Assembly (NCBI RefSeq): GCF_000150275.1
Contig: NW_002060960.1
Span: 1,114,562-1,178,561 of the forward strand
Length of the DNA stretch: 64,000 nucleotides
Reading direction: 5' to 3'
Source: Trichoplax adhaerens
Taxonomy: Eukaryota > Animalia > Placozoa
A program made the position numbers and the translations under genes. How positions within the stretch are numbered: position 1 is the stretch's first letter; the number at the start of each line of letters is the position of its first letter. This document shows, in pieces, positions 28,330 through 42,300 of this stretch. Under the pieces are notes generated by a model, which was not told where the DNA came from, made no database searches, and saw only the letters and a program-made list of their open reading frames with translations.

Positions 28330-28682
28330 TTAAAGACTGTAACAGTAGAATTTATGCTAGAATACAGATGGCTATAAACAGTAAGATGTTGAACTACTAA
28401 TAACGTTAGAAGTAGAAATAGAACTGTAAATCATACATTAGGATATGGTTAGTACATTGTACTGTACTTCGAGTGGTAGGAATAATGTCTACGTAAATAT
28501 TGTAACTGTTTCCATATTGGATTAACGATGGTTTGCTTTAAAATAGTGTTCATAAAAACAACTTGATTATGTGTAAAATAAGATAAAATGTTGCCATGTT
28601 GAATGTAGCTGTGAAGGCTATAGAGAGTATACTCGTATAAACAGGCGGCATTAGATTACCTGATTGTTCTTTCTAGAAATCT
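28330..28682 (+). mobile_element. Diverged partial copy of the 5792-6342 LTR family
   Basis: Shares AAATAGAACTGTAAATCATA.ATTAGGATATGGTTA and other blocks with 5890-6230. Confidence 0.75.
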
Positions 28683-30197
28683 ACCAACAAGTTTTGAAAT
28701 AAAGCGAAATTAATAGAGTGTAATTTAACGCTTGATCTAACTGACTCTTACACACCACTAGTGACAAAGTAGTCTACACAGGCCAATGATTATGAAGAAC
28801 GCCTCTTACTGACTTGAAGAGTCGAGCTTGCTGTATCACCAAATAAATCAGTTCCAATGACCGAATACTATAGTATAATTATAGCTTCGCCGATAGTGTA
28901 GACGAGGTAGTCAGAGATTTATTAGTATTTATTACTGAACAAATCTTGACAATCAAGATTATAGTCTTGACAATTTAATAGCAATTGACAAACTAGTTGA
29001 CTGACTAACCGACTAACTAACTAAAACGTGGTTATACTGTCTATCTTAAGTTAAAATACTAAGCAAATAAGATTGACTTGGGAATCACCTTCAAAGACTA
29101 AATTTCCATTTTACCTTTTAGTAATACTAAGGTTCAATAGAACTAGTTGGTCAACTTTCATACACACAATATTTCTAGTATTCTAGAAAAGTACTATACC
29201 CACGCGTACTTAACTTACTTATAAAAGTGCTAATACGTGAGATCTTCAAAGATTGATGACTTACTTAGTATCATTTAAGTATAGCATTCAAGTTAAGCAT
29301 GATCAACGATGCCCTTAGCTAATGCTTACTCACCTTGCTATTTCATCAATTTTAAATTCTTTTTTTCTAGCTAAGGACAAAGTACACATCCATAAACAAT
29401 TATGTTAGTGCCAATGGAGCAAGCAAAGCTAACAATCACAGTGATCAGTAGCGTTACTTGATGATAATCGCGAATTCAAATTAGCTGGTGATAAATAATA
29501 CTACTACTAAGATTGACCTGCATTATTACTTCTACATACATCATCCGGTACGATACAGTAAGTTACCAAATCTAGTTAATAGCCAACGGTACCCTAAGGT
29601 ACCAGCAATATGGAGATTTAGAGTCTGCTTGGAATGCTTGAATAACTTATGATTAGTATTGAAAAGATGTCATAGTTAATTGCCGCCATCAATTGTTCAT
29701 TAATGAATATATGCCACATATATACTGATGCAATTACAAAGAGATTAATAACGGTACTTAATCACTCAGTTTTATCCTCTTTGTTTAAGTAAGGTAGCAG
29801 AATAGGCTACTGTCATATACAAACGATATAGCATAGCTTGATCAAAATCTGTCTAGTTTTCTTTGATCATATTGAATTACAGTGTAATCGAAATATCTTA
29901 CAACTTTTCTATCTAATCTAGTCTAATTTTCACAACATAATTGGTTCGGGTAGCTAGAGTTTATAAAAGCAATTAATTACAGAATTTAAGAATGGCAGAA
30001 CAATATTCAATTGAATTAAGAAATTAATCTATAAAATATCATAAAAGAAAGTTTTCTTCAGAAGACGATTAGTTATAAATACTGTAATGTATTAATTTAG
30101 TTCATCCCTTTATAAATATTGGCGGAAATGAATGGGTAATCTTTCAACAAGAAAACGTATGTAGGAATGTATTTACATTAATTTATGTATGACGTTA

Positions 30198-31646
30198 TGT
30201 AATGAAATGAAATGTGTAGAGATCAAGCTACGAAACTTTAACAAACTTTGATTCTACTTTCGTTGCACTCCGGTCGACTTAACGCTAATACTTTGACACC
30301 AAATAAAATTTGGGGAAATAACCGAACAACAATTTATTTCAAAACAAAAATGGAGAGAAGTATAAACCGAACAACCGCACAAATACTTAGCTTTAAGTAT
30401 TATTAAAATAAATGACAGACTTAAAAACTGTCAACGACCAAACAACCTTTCAAAAACAACAATGTTTTAACTTACGACAATTCGACCCCGAAGGCCTTTT
30501 AAATTCAACAAGTTCTTCAAATAAAATCTTCTTCTACTCTCCCTCTAAATTTTCTAATTGCACTATCATTTATTGGCTTCGTAGAGCCGTCAGAGGTATT
30601 TAAAACTAAACATTTGCTAACCAATCGCTCTTAAGATCCGTTTTAGAAAACTACTTTGCACCATTTAAGAAAACAAAAATCATTCAAAGTTCAGACACAA
30701 TTTACCCTACGATTCCCTTACAAAACACTATAAAAGTAACAAGCTAACTATAAAAATACATCAAACTTCATTTCTAACATAATTTCTATCATTAATACAC
30801 TATAAAAGTCTAAAAATCAACCTTTAAACATCAAGATTTAGTCATAAAAACAACATTCTAACTACCTAACAATCAACACAACCTCTACCAATTTCCATCT
30901 TATTTTCTATTTTCCTCACTAAATCTCCTAATGTGACTTCAAGTCACGTCATAAAATTCCAAAGTTTCAAATTCATAACAAAAAGTCCAAATCTCAAAAA
31001 TCAACTCTTACGATATTTTTCATGAACAAAAATCCAAAAATTAAAACAGAAAAATTATAATTCAGACATAAAATAAACCCGACCGGTTCCAAAACAGGAA
31101 AATTATATCGGACACAAACCCGACCGGTCCCAGAATCCGGAAACTATATCGGACACAAATCCGGAAAAATTTGCTTTTTATGAAGATCATAGTAATCGCT
31201 TATCAAAAAAAATTTATATGACTACTACGACTACTTTTCTGACACATTAGTATCGCTTAGTATTCGCGAGTATTGACAGTTGATGTTTTAGCGTCAGATT
31301 GTACTGTAACTGTACGAGTATAGACTACATTACAGTACTTTATCGTCATGTTATAAATCCCCTTTCTCTAAGGATAGGGTTTTGCTACTAAGTCAAATTC
31401 TTTTACAATTTGAATAGACGATGAAACGCCCTTTCTTTAGATTAGGCATTTGCTCTATAGGGCTACTTCTATGGTAATCTATATAATACCTTGTAAAATA
31501 ATGAAGAAGAAAAGATGGCGACAAGATGATTTGGCAGGGTAAAACTTAAAGACACTATCACTTTCTAGGTATTTTCTATAGTAAAATAATACTAATTACA
31601 TACTAAAAAAACTACAAAGGACCCTACTTTTAGTCCTTTTACTACA
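30198..31646. mobile_element. Large (~1.45 kb) solo-LTR-like element
   Basis: TGTAA...CTACA termini, 4-bp flanking repeat GTTA (30194-30197 and 31647-31650). The right half recurs inverted at 62389-63123 with the same end. Internal ~41-bp tandem repeat at 31075-31168. Confidence 0.7.
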
Positions 31647-31859
31647 GTTATACATACTTAAATAGATAACTTCATAGTTTTATAATAAATTCTACGAAAG
31701 TACTGGTAACTACTGCTTCTGTCGATTTACTGTATATTGAATAATTCTTCAATAAAGTTTGGGTTTAGTTACGTACAAGAGACTAGTGTTGTGTTCCTGT
31801 TTTCTCCGATAATAGGAAATCATCCGTATTTAGAGTCTTACTATAGAAAGATGTCAGGA

Positions 31860-33100
31860 TAATAAGAAATACCCTGATCTGTCTAGTTCTATTTAAATGT
31901 ATTAACCCTTAAAGAAGGGCTAAACATATTAGCCAATGTTGTGTTGTGGTACCAAAAATCTGGCTTTGATATTATGCCAACATTTAATCTTAAGGCACCA
32001 ATCCATGCATACCAAAAATTAATTAATCGTACTGAAAATGGAAGGGGATAATAGTAAAATTTCTTTGTAAATTAATTCCTGATTGCAGATTGAAAATTTA
32101 ACGTCAATAACTGGCAATGGTAGAGTTAAAAATTTCTAGATCTAAATTTATATTTCATACACTATTAGTATACTTGATAGATGACATAAAAATAACACAC
32201 CTGAGATTTAGTTGTCATCTGTACTCTAGCATAGAGTCTATACCACTACAGCCTATAATTATGGCTACCAAATATCTCTTAGGATAAATATAGAAGTTAC
32301 GCTACCGCACATTATACTAAACATTGCTAACAGTCTGCAATCACAATACTAAGTTACATTAGAATGATATAGGTGAGTAGAAATGGCATACTTTCCTAAT
32401 AAATAGCCTAGCTATTACTAAAATCCTGTCAAAGTATTGTATCTTAAACATTTAATTTCTGCTCCCTTCTTGCCTAACAGTATGAAAGATTTACAGCATC
32501 AAAGTAACGATATTTAACATTAGAATATGCCACTTCGCTTCACTCATAACGATTTAAGAATGTCATCCTACGAACAGAGATTGCAAATAATCAAGTCCAC
32601 GCTTGTCAAATCATAAAGTTACTTTTTGTCCTTTCAGTAACCTAGTATTTGTAAATAAAATTGTAACCAAGTGCATTAGTATTACCCAAACACCATCTAA
32701 TTAAGACTGTAATCTTCACAAAGTTCTCTTGTAATTGTTTTTATACAGATAAATAAATCTAGAAACCGTTATAATCTATGGCCCATTTTGTATCCTTGAC
32801 CTTTCTCACCACATATTATTGTCTTATTGAATGAAATTGTAATTTCTTAATGTTAAAATGGTAATGTTATTATCGTCATCTCGCTTTTCTACTAAATCTA
32901 TCAAAACCATTAATCATAATAATCAAATTTTGACCAAAATGGAACGTACTTTAATTATTGCAAGTAACTTTTCCCAAATACTTTTAGCACTCAAGTTATG
33001 TGCCGAACCTATTGAAATTACAGTTAAAAGCATAAGTCTATTTAGGTAAACTACATCTTGCATCACAGCCGTCTAATTACTCTGTCTTCGATTTTAAACA
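31860..33100 (-). pseudogene. Degenerate fragment paralogous to the LRR exons of the 6438-14120 gene
   Basis: 31860-32210 aligns by eye to 11750-12090 (AAATCTGGCTTT.ATA..ATGCCAACATTTAA plus intron sequence). CCTATTGAAATTA is shared at ~33008 and ~13482. Interrupted by an LTR fragment. Confidence 0.6.
32214..32361 (-). mobile_element. Fragment of the 5792-6342 LTR family
   Basis: GTCATCTGTACTCTAGCATAGAGTCTATACCACTACAG...CAATCACAATACTA matches 53806-53940. Confidence 0.85.
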
Positions 33101-34921
33101 AGTATTTTCGTTTCACTTACACGTAGTAGAATGGATATAACAGGAGAATAGTATTGTAATGAGTCAATTATTATTGAAGAGAAAATCTCCTTATTCGGTG
33201 TTTTACACGTCTATATTTGCTATCCAGCTCAATTTAAATTTTATTCTAAAATAAAATTAAAAATGAATAAGACAATGGAAAGGATAGAGTTTAATTGCCT
33301 TCTACTCGTGCCACAAGTAGCCTCTAATATTTCACTAGAATGTGTTGATTAAATGTAGTGCGAAACTTTTCTATGTTAGCTTGTGAAAGCAAGTCGTTAG
33401 TCATTATAGTTTAAATTTTCATCTACTAATAATAAATAAAAGCTAGTCTTTCATCATTGTAGATTAAAACTCTATCGTTAAGAGTGTAGTCTAATTTTGC
33501 ACATTAATTATTAAAGTTTCAGTGTATTCCATACGTAGTTCATAGTTATAATTACTAAAAAATATCATGGGACACGTTAAAATTGTTTCTATTCTATATT
33601 AATTCTGTTCCTTTTATTTTCATGACGTTAGCATTAATCTCTATAAAAACTCTCAAACACTTAAAATGCTTTCTCGCCATTCCTAGTGATCTCACTAGGA
33701 TGCAAAGTCCGCTACTAACCGACGGTAAAATTTAAATCAATATTGTTCATTTTGGCTATGCATTATGTGGCCGTACAGCACAAGGTTTCGGCTTCAATCG
33801 TATCCTGAAAATTCATCAAGACTTTTAGTTATAATATGGAATCCTGCAGCGTACAAACTACCGTACTCAAGAAAGATGTGTTTGTAGTATCATCAATCCA
33901 GTTTATACCTAATGTTTCTCTTATTTCCTTCTAGACATTGAGTATTAACTAATTTTAATGTTGTACCCACCTGTAGGATACAATTCATCTATTTTCCGTC
34001 ATCCATTTGCATAATCATAAATCGATTTGACATTAGTATTCCGCTCATGTTGTCCTATACACAGATCAATCTTCCTTAATGCTGTAGGATAAAACAGATT
34101 TATTTCACATATTGTTTACACCATGGTACATTCCCTGGGTACTGAACAGATTACTGTATTCGCTTCGTATTAGACACAGATTAGTGCATTGAAAAGTGTG
34201 CTGTGTACTGATCAATCTTATTTTCTTAATGCTTGAAGGGCAAAAGGAATAGTGTATCACGGTAACATTTTTGAATTTTGCATACGCGTATATTATTCAG
34301 TAACCATTTATTTTTTAGGGTAAAATCATGAACTACAGTATATTAATAGACTATCCTTGCAAAGCTGTGCTGCGATCAGCCAAGTTTTACCCGCTATTTG
34401 CTCTCATTTAGTTAACTGCCAAAGCAGAAACGATTCATAAAAAAAAAAAGCGTTGTAAACGTCAAAAAAGAGTAACTGATATACTGTAAGTGATTAACCG
34501 TCATGATAACTTTTTCGATACATCACAGGTATAGTAAAATCATTCATTGGTAGATAATTATGTTCACAATCATTAACTCAACTTCGTTGAGGTCAATATA
34601 ACGGCTTCTAGTTATAAAACTGCAATCGTATTGATCGCCATCTTCGATGTTGTCGATGTAGTCGATGTAAATAGCATCACCCACGAATTGTTCTTTCAAA
34701 GCTTTGCTTCCACTCATAATACAATTGGCAATGGTGTATAAGTTCAATATTTCGTTAATAAACACTTTTTATTACTGTTACTTTAGCAATTACAACCTCA
34801 TACAGTACAACAATAAACCTTGGGATTGGATTTTCATTATCTAGTTGCATGCATGTAATCGTCTATCATGAATGAGCAAAATAAAATAAATAAAAATGAT
34901 CGTGTCTCTCTTACTAAACTA

Positions 34922-35175
34922 TAAAAGGCTACAAAATGTTTCTATTCTCCTCTTGTAGAACACTTTTTAACTCATTAGTTTGTTATTACTCTTGAATTGT
35001 AATAGAAACAGCTAAATTCTCATTCTCTCGATCGGCTACCAACTCATACAGCCAATTAGCATCGTAATCAAAGGCCTCGTCAATGCCATGGCACTGCTTC
35101 ACTATTTTCTATCGGTACTTTGCAAGAGTTAATAACGCAATGACATTAAGTTTCGGCAGCAAGCTATGGACCTAG
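34922..35175 (+). repeat. Dispersed ~250-bp repeat, copy 1 (copy 2 at ~50254-50512)
   Basis: AAAAGGCTACAAAATG...CGGTACTTTGCAAGAGTTAATAA...AGCTATG is shared in the same orientation. Confidence 0.8.
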
Positions 35176-36348
35176 AAGGACTGATTAATAAAGTGATATG
35201 AACAAGAAACGAAACTTCCTGTCACATTATTCTCGGCCACTTTATCATATATTAGAATCGTAAAGCTATTGTAAGGTTGAATCTAAGACTTTATTTAGAA
35301 AATCATCTTGTTGATAATGACACTCTTAAATTTCTAATTTAAAAATGAACACACTACTATAATTCTTCTGTTTCAATGAAACTTTTTAAAACGTTATTGC
35401 TATATATCGCTAGGGAGTAAATTGACGTCATGGAACTACGTGTTATCGCAAAATCTTGAATATTAATCATATCCTTTAACATGATATCACCTTAGCACAT
35501 GATGGGCAGAACGCAAAAATTTTTAAGTAATTAAGTATGCGGATACGATCTTAAACACTAAAAATGCGAACCTGATATTCGCTCTTAGCTTTACGTCTAT
35601 AACAGTAGCAATAGAATAAAGCCATTCATTGAAAATTCAACGCCGCACAATTAAGGAAACAAGCTTTCTTACCCTATTTTACCACTTGTAAGCCATATAA
35701 AATTATTTAAAGCATATCCATTTCACAATAAAAATAAAACGCAACGTCAAATACTAACACCAATAAATTTACTTCATAGATAAATCGTTTCAATCAATTT
35801 TTGTTTCATTAGCATATTAAAATAGTATTCTCAAGATGTAATAATCTAATACAAATAGGATGTATTCAATCTAAAATTTTTTAAAGAAATACACTTGGTA
35901 AGTAAACTACTAAATAAAGGTTCTCCTGTTATTACATAAAAGTTACCGATATGAAGCATTAGCTTAATAATAGTGATGATTATGTGCGAAGTCGTAATCG
36001 TTATGCCAAGTAATTCTAATAGGAGTAAAATTCACAAAGAAAGATGGCTGAGTGAATTGCAAACTATGATTACCATTAAAATGTTTTCATCCTTTGCAAG
36101 CAAGTAATAAAATTAAACGAACAACATTAGATGCTAAACAGAGAAGTAGACGATGCAAATTGTTGCTTTAAATCTTAATAAAAAAATAATATTGAATTCT
36201 ATGTGAAAAATCTATAACACTATCGAACGTATTGAAGTAGAAAATGATACACCACACCATATTATGTGAATCACATAATTCAGCACCGATAGAGCACTTA
36301 AAACTATGTACAAATGCAGTGGGTGGAACACGTACACAGTGAATATAT

Positions 36349-39300
36349 CTACGTGTTACTTAGTTTCCTTTTGGTTCCCTTTTCATTTTCCCTTTCCGCA
36401 TTTTCTAAGATTTCTATCACTGGCGAATTAATGGTAGATAGAACCTCACAAAATGCATCAAATGCTCGATTACCACGTTCCGGTAAAATATCCAACAATT
36501 TCTCCATTTTCCTGTGATAATAATTGTCACAGTTTATATTATCTACATGATAGATTTTTACAACTAAGCTATATCATCGTATCGTATTGCGGACTTACTC
36601 ATAATCGGTATGCTGACATACAATGATTTCCTTTAGATAAAGTGTTAGAATTTCTCGACTGTATAAGTGATTACAAATAGGCTTCACACTTGATTTACAT
36701 TCCTCAATAATTTTGACGTAGTGGCTGCGTAAGATTTGTTTATGTATTTCCAACATTCCAACTCCGCTGATCTTATATTTTGGTATAGTTGACGCTGAAG
36801 TAAATAATCAAAAAATATTTAAGTTAATTATTTGTCGCTTGTTGAAATAGTATAAGATATTCATATTTTCCTTATAGGAGCTACGATTATAATTTTCAAA
36901 GAATAACTCAAGTTAGTCCATAGACATATTGGCAACTTTGCCTAACTAACCACGATCTTCCTCAGTTAACGGCATGGGAGTGTCCTGTCCGTTATCGCTA
37001 GAAGCATCGACTGTTAAATCCAAGAGATAAAGAATTATTATTAAACCAATTTATAAGGTTATAGATTTCATTTAATAAATTAATGAGTTCGATCCGCCGT
37101 ACAATAAAGTACATACTTTTTAAAAAATTTTACTGAATATTTTGTCTATTGTCATTACAGTTATTTTAGTTAGTAAATTTATGACAACATCGTTTCAAAT
37201 GTATGAGCGCTATTATTGATAACTTATCGATTGAATTAGAAATTAAAGTTGAAATATTATTAAAGCAATTTGTTACTGTTTAATAGATCAATAAAATTGG
37301 TTATTCATGAGAGTTCCAATTAAGCCTACTGTATATACTGATACATTTCATAAAGGAATAATCAGCTACAAAAGATTCGAAAGACAGCACCGTATTTGTG
37401 GTATCACCTGCAATATTATCTAACCAAAACTTTAATTGGTTCGAGGAAAACCAAACATATTGACATTTAGGGCAATCCAGAAGTGATTTATCATCACTTA
37501 AGTCATCTTCGATATTTACTAACTCTCCACAACGCGGACACTTAACACTCACTTTTATTCGTATGTGACTCATATTTGGCATCCATTTAGTAAGAACGAT
37601 TCTTAAAGCTGATTCAATTACATCCTTAACATTGAGCTCAACGGCTGTTTTAGCTTGTAAACTTCGGTGTCGATAAACTAATTGTAAGCCTATGACCGTT
37701 GATAACTTATCGATAATCAAATTAATACCAGGACTAATTCGAAATGAAGCGCAGTTTTGATATAGTTGAACTCTGCTATTATTCCATCCACGCTTCTGCA
37801 AACATTGAGAAATCAAGCAGTAAAAGATATTATAAGAAATATAGGGTAACTCCTTCTCATCAAACCCTAAATAGATGTATTTCGATGTGGTGCTATTCGA
37901 TGGATATAATGCATTACTCTTAGGTCGTGTCTTTAGCAGACAAGGAATAAGATAGATACGATCTTTTCCTTGTAATTCACTTGCTTCACAAAGAATATCG
38001 TAGTGAGTCATAAGAGACAATACGTATTTTCTTTCTTCATCGTCTAAATTAAATTTGCTCCAAACGTGTCGAATGTATTCTTCGCTTATTTTGCCTGTAT
38101 TCTGAATCTTCTCGTAGTCACACCAGTCATCAGCATGAGAAGACTTGAAAAATGAAATTCGAATTAATGAACAAAACACCTCAATTAGCCAATCAATATC
38201 CGATACGACCCAATTACTCAGAATCTCGTCTTTATCGCAATAGACGATTTGTCCGATACTATGCAAGTAAGATAATAAACTATCTAACTTCTCGCCTTGC
38301 TTAGATAGATGATGTTTGTCTATCAAGTCTTTAACTTGTGTTTTAGTCAGTAACTTCTTTATTGTTTTATCTTCTCTTTCTCCACGAAGTATTTGAATGA
38401 TTTCATACCATCGAACTGGAATAGGATTCGTTATAAATGGTAATTTTTCTGCAATTGTTGTAAAGATTTGACATAACTGTTTACGTGTCTCGTCTCTTAG
38501 ACGTTGAGTTGCTTCGCTGTTATCGTTGCCATCACCATTCATAGCTAAGTGTGATAAGTATAGATGTTTGGAAAAGGCCTTATGGCCAAATTCACGTGAT
38601 ATCTTGTTATAAGCTGCTTGTATTTTTCTATTTTTTTCTTTTTCATTATTAGCTACAATCTTATCTGCATGACTACCGATGACAATGACAATAGGCAATT
38701 CATAATTTTTACCATCGATCGTAATCTCATTTCTAACATTACCCTCTAAACCATCGCTTAACCTCTTGCATCCATGTACAGATGATAACCATTCATGCAT
38801 TCTTGCATAGTAGGTTATATCTGATTTTGAGTTGTTCCTTTGTTGTATAGCGTCATTAATCTCTTCAGCGATATTAAATACAAGAACATAAATACTATCA
38901 CACGACATAAATGGTTGATGTGTAACGTGATATTCTGCCTGATCTCCGAAGTCGCACAATACAGCATGTAGATTGTCTATTTTTGACTGCTGTGATTTAT
39001 TACATTCATTACTATCTGTATTTGCCTTTTGTATCTCAGAAAGTTTCGGTATAAGTTTGTTATACTTGCTGCGAAGTGATTCATCGAATACATTCGTTCT
39101 TTGCGATTTCATATTGGATAAGGTCTGTCTTGTAACTTGTAAAGATGGCGATTGAAAAACTGCTAACCCAACTTTACTATCAGCGAGAGTGCCCAATCCA
39201 GTCTTCACCATATCACCAGTATCGAATGTAATCAATTCTATTAGCGGATAATTACCACTAGCTACTTGTGTTGGTGCTTCATTAGCCAATAGTGACTGCT

Positions 39301-42300
39301 TAATTAGCACTTTGAGTAAAGTTGTTTTACCTACATTTTCTGGTCCGATAATCATAATTCTTATAAGATTGTTCTTACATTTTCCTTCTTGTAATGCGCA
39401 AATGAAATCGCGAAAATAATTCAGTCCAACTGTGTTACGAAACGAGAGTTAATATGGAGGATGAAATTCACAAAATTTGTTTTCAAATTAAAAAATTATA
39501 CAGTATGTACTGATTTTCATTTCAACTATATCTTGCATATTGTGCAATCTTTAACAAATTATGATAAATTATCATACAGGAGCTGATAAATACTGTTTTG
39601 TCAAATATTTTCGCAATAGCATTTATTCAACAACTTATTACACTTTATTATAGTATATTTAAAGTTAACCAGACATGACTACATTAATTAAACTGATTTC
39701 TCTATAATTCTAACAACAATATCCTAAATTAATGCTATAAACACAAAAGATAGAATATACTATGATTAAAAACTGTATATCTTTTTTGCTATATGATGAA
39801 ATCTAAACGAGTTTTCACACAATATTATATACATCTTTACTATTTTCGATCGTCAAATCTTTTATTATACATGCTATACTATGAGTATTTAACTAAATGT
39901 AAATGTGATAATATACAGTAAGAAAAAAATACAGTACGTACAATAGTCTATTTAATAATGTCATTGTATATTTAATATACCAATACAACGATACTTACCT
40001 CCTGCAATATTCGTATGATGTGTATGATTGATATGGAATTATGCGATGATAGAATAATAGAGTTTATATAGTATTGACGTATAGTAAGACACAAGTAGAG
40101 AAGAGTAGAGTAGTAATGGTAATTTGTATTGAATGACGATTGAATGGCGATTTAGTGTATAAGCATTGCAGTGTATTGGTGGTTTTAGTATACGTATATC
40201 CGTATAATAACCATACGATAATCATTCCATTCGATCATTGCATATATGTACATATCCATTCCATAGTAAATCGCATTGTCGATCCCATAGTAAATCCAAT
40301 AACATTAAACATGCTATACTACAACTTATTATAATTATCGTACAAGTATTATTCTAATCATACACAATAACAAATATACAGTACGTACAATAGTCTATTT
40401 AATAATGTCATTGTATATTTGATATACAATTATATTAATACTTACAATCTGTACAATTGATATAGAATTATACGATGATAGAATAATAGAATTTATATAG
40501 TATTGACGTATAGTAAGAGTGAGATAGAAGAGTAGAGTAGTAATGATAATTTGTATTGCATGGCGATTTAGTGTATAAGCATTGCAGTGTATTGGTGGTT
40601 TTAGTATACGTATATCCGTATAATAACAATACGATAATCATCGCAGTCGATCATTGCATATATGTACATATCCGTTCCATAGTAAATCGCATTGCCGATC
40701 CCATAAAATAATCCAAGTTAATACACTAAAATAATATTAATCCTCATACAGCAAACATGCTATGCTACAACTTACTATAATTATCGTAGAAGTATTATTG
40801 GGATCATACATACTGACAAATATATAGCCCGTACAATAGTCTATTTAATAATATCATTGTGTATTTTATACACCAATACAACGATACTTACAATCTGTAT
40901 GATTAAAAAAAAATAATGTGATTATAAAAAAATAAAGTTTATACAACATTGACGTATAGTAAAAGAGAAGTAGAGAAGAGTAGAGTAGTAATGGTAATTT
41001 GTATTGAATGACGATTGCATGGCGATTAAGTGTATAAGCATTGCAGTGTATTGTTAGTTTTAGTATATGTATATCCGTACAGTAACAATGAAAAATCATT
41101 GCATTCCATCATAGCATACATGTACATTTCCATTCCACAGTAAATCGTATTGTCGATTTCATAGTAAATCCAACAGTAAACCATATATGTTTGTTAATAA
41201 AACAAAATAAAACAATCCAAGTTAATATACTAAAATAATATTAATCCTTCTACATTAAACATACTATACTACAATTTATTATAACTATCGTACAAGTAAT
41301 ATTGTAATCATACACAATAACAAATATACAGTACGTACAATAGTCTATTTATTGATATCATTGTGTATTTAATATACGAATACAACGATACCTACCCCCT
41401 GCAATATTCGTATGATGTGTATGATTGATATGGAAATATTCGATAATAGAATAATAGAGTTTATACATTATTGACGTACAGTAAGATAAAAGTAGAGTAA
41501 TAAAGGTACATTGTAATCAATGGCGATTTAGTGCATTAGTAGTTTAAGTATACGTATATCCGTATATTAACCATACGATATTATTGAATTCGATCATTAC
41601 ATATATGTACATATCCGTTCCATAGTAAATCCAGTAGTAAACCATATATGTATATTAAAACAATAACATAAAATAATCACAATTAATACACTAAAATAAT
41701 ATTAATCCTCCTACATTAAACATGCTATACTACAACTTATTATAATTATCGTACAAGTATTATTCTAATCATACACAATAACAAATATACAGTAAGTACA
41801 ATAGCCTACGTAATAATATAATTGCATATTTAATATGCGAATTAACAATACTTACGCCCTGTAATATTCGTATGATGTGTATGATTGATATGGAATTATG
41901 CGACGATAGAATAATAGAGTTTATATAGTATTGACGTATAATAAGACAAAAGTAGAGAAGAGTAGAGTAGTAATGGTAATTTGTATTGAATGACGATTGA
42001 ATGGCGATTTAGTGTATAAGCATTGAGGTGTATTGGTAGTTTTAGTATACGTATATTCATATAATAACCATACGATAATCATTCCATTCGATCATTGTAT
42101 ATATGTACATACCCGTTCCATAGTAAATCGCATTGTCGATCCCATAGTAAATCCAATAATAAACCATATATGTATATTAATATAATAACGTAAGAAAATT
42201 CATATTAATACGCAAAAGTAATATTAATCCTCCAACATTAAACATGCTATACTTCAATTATAATTACCGTACAAATAATATTGTAATCATAAACAATAAT

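Noticed and set aside
34544-34765. 73-aa ORF that may be an exon
   Set aside because: No identifiable domain or linked exons. Cannot be supported without a search.
37301-37407. C-terminus of the 684-aa ORF as the true protein end
   Set aside because: A donor at ~37407 and three downstream exons encoding a CARD indicate this stretch is intron read-through.
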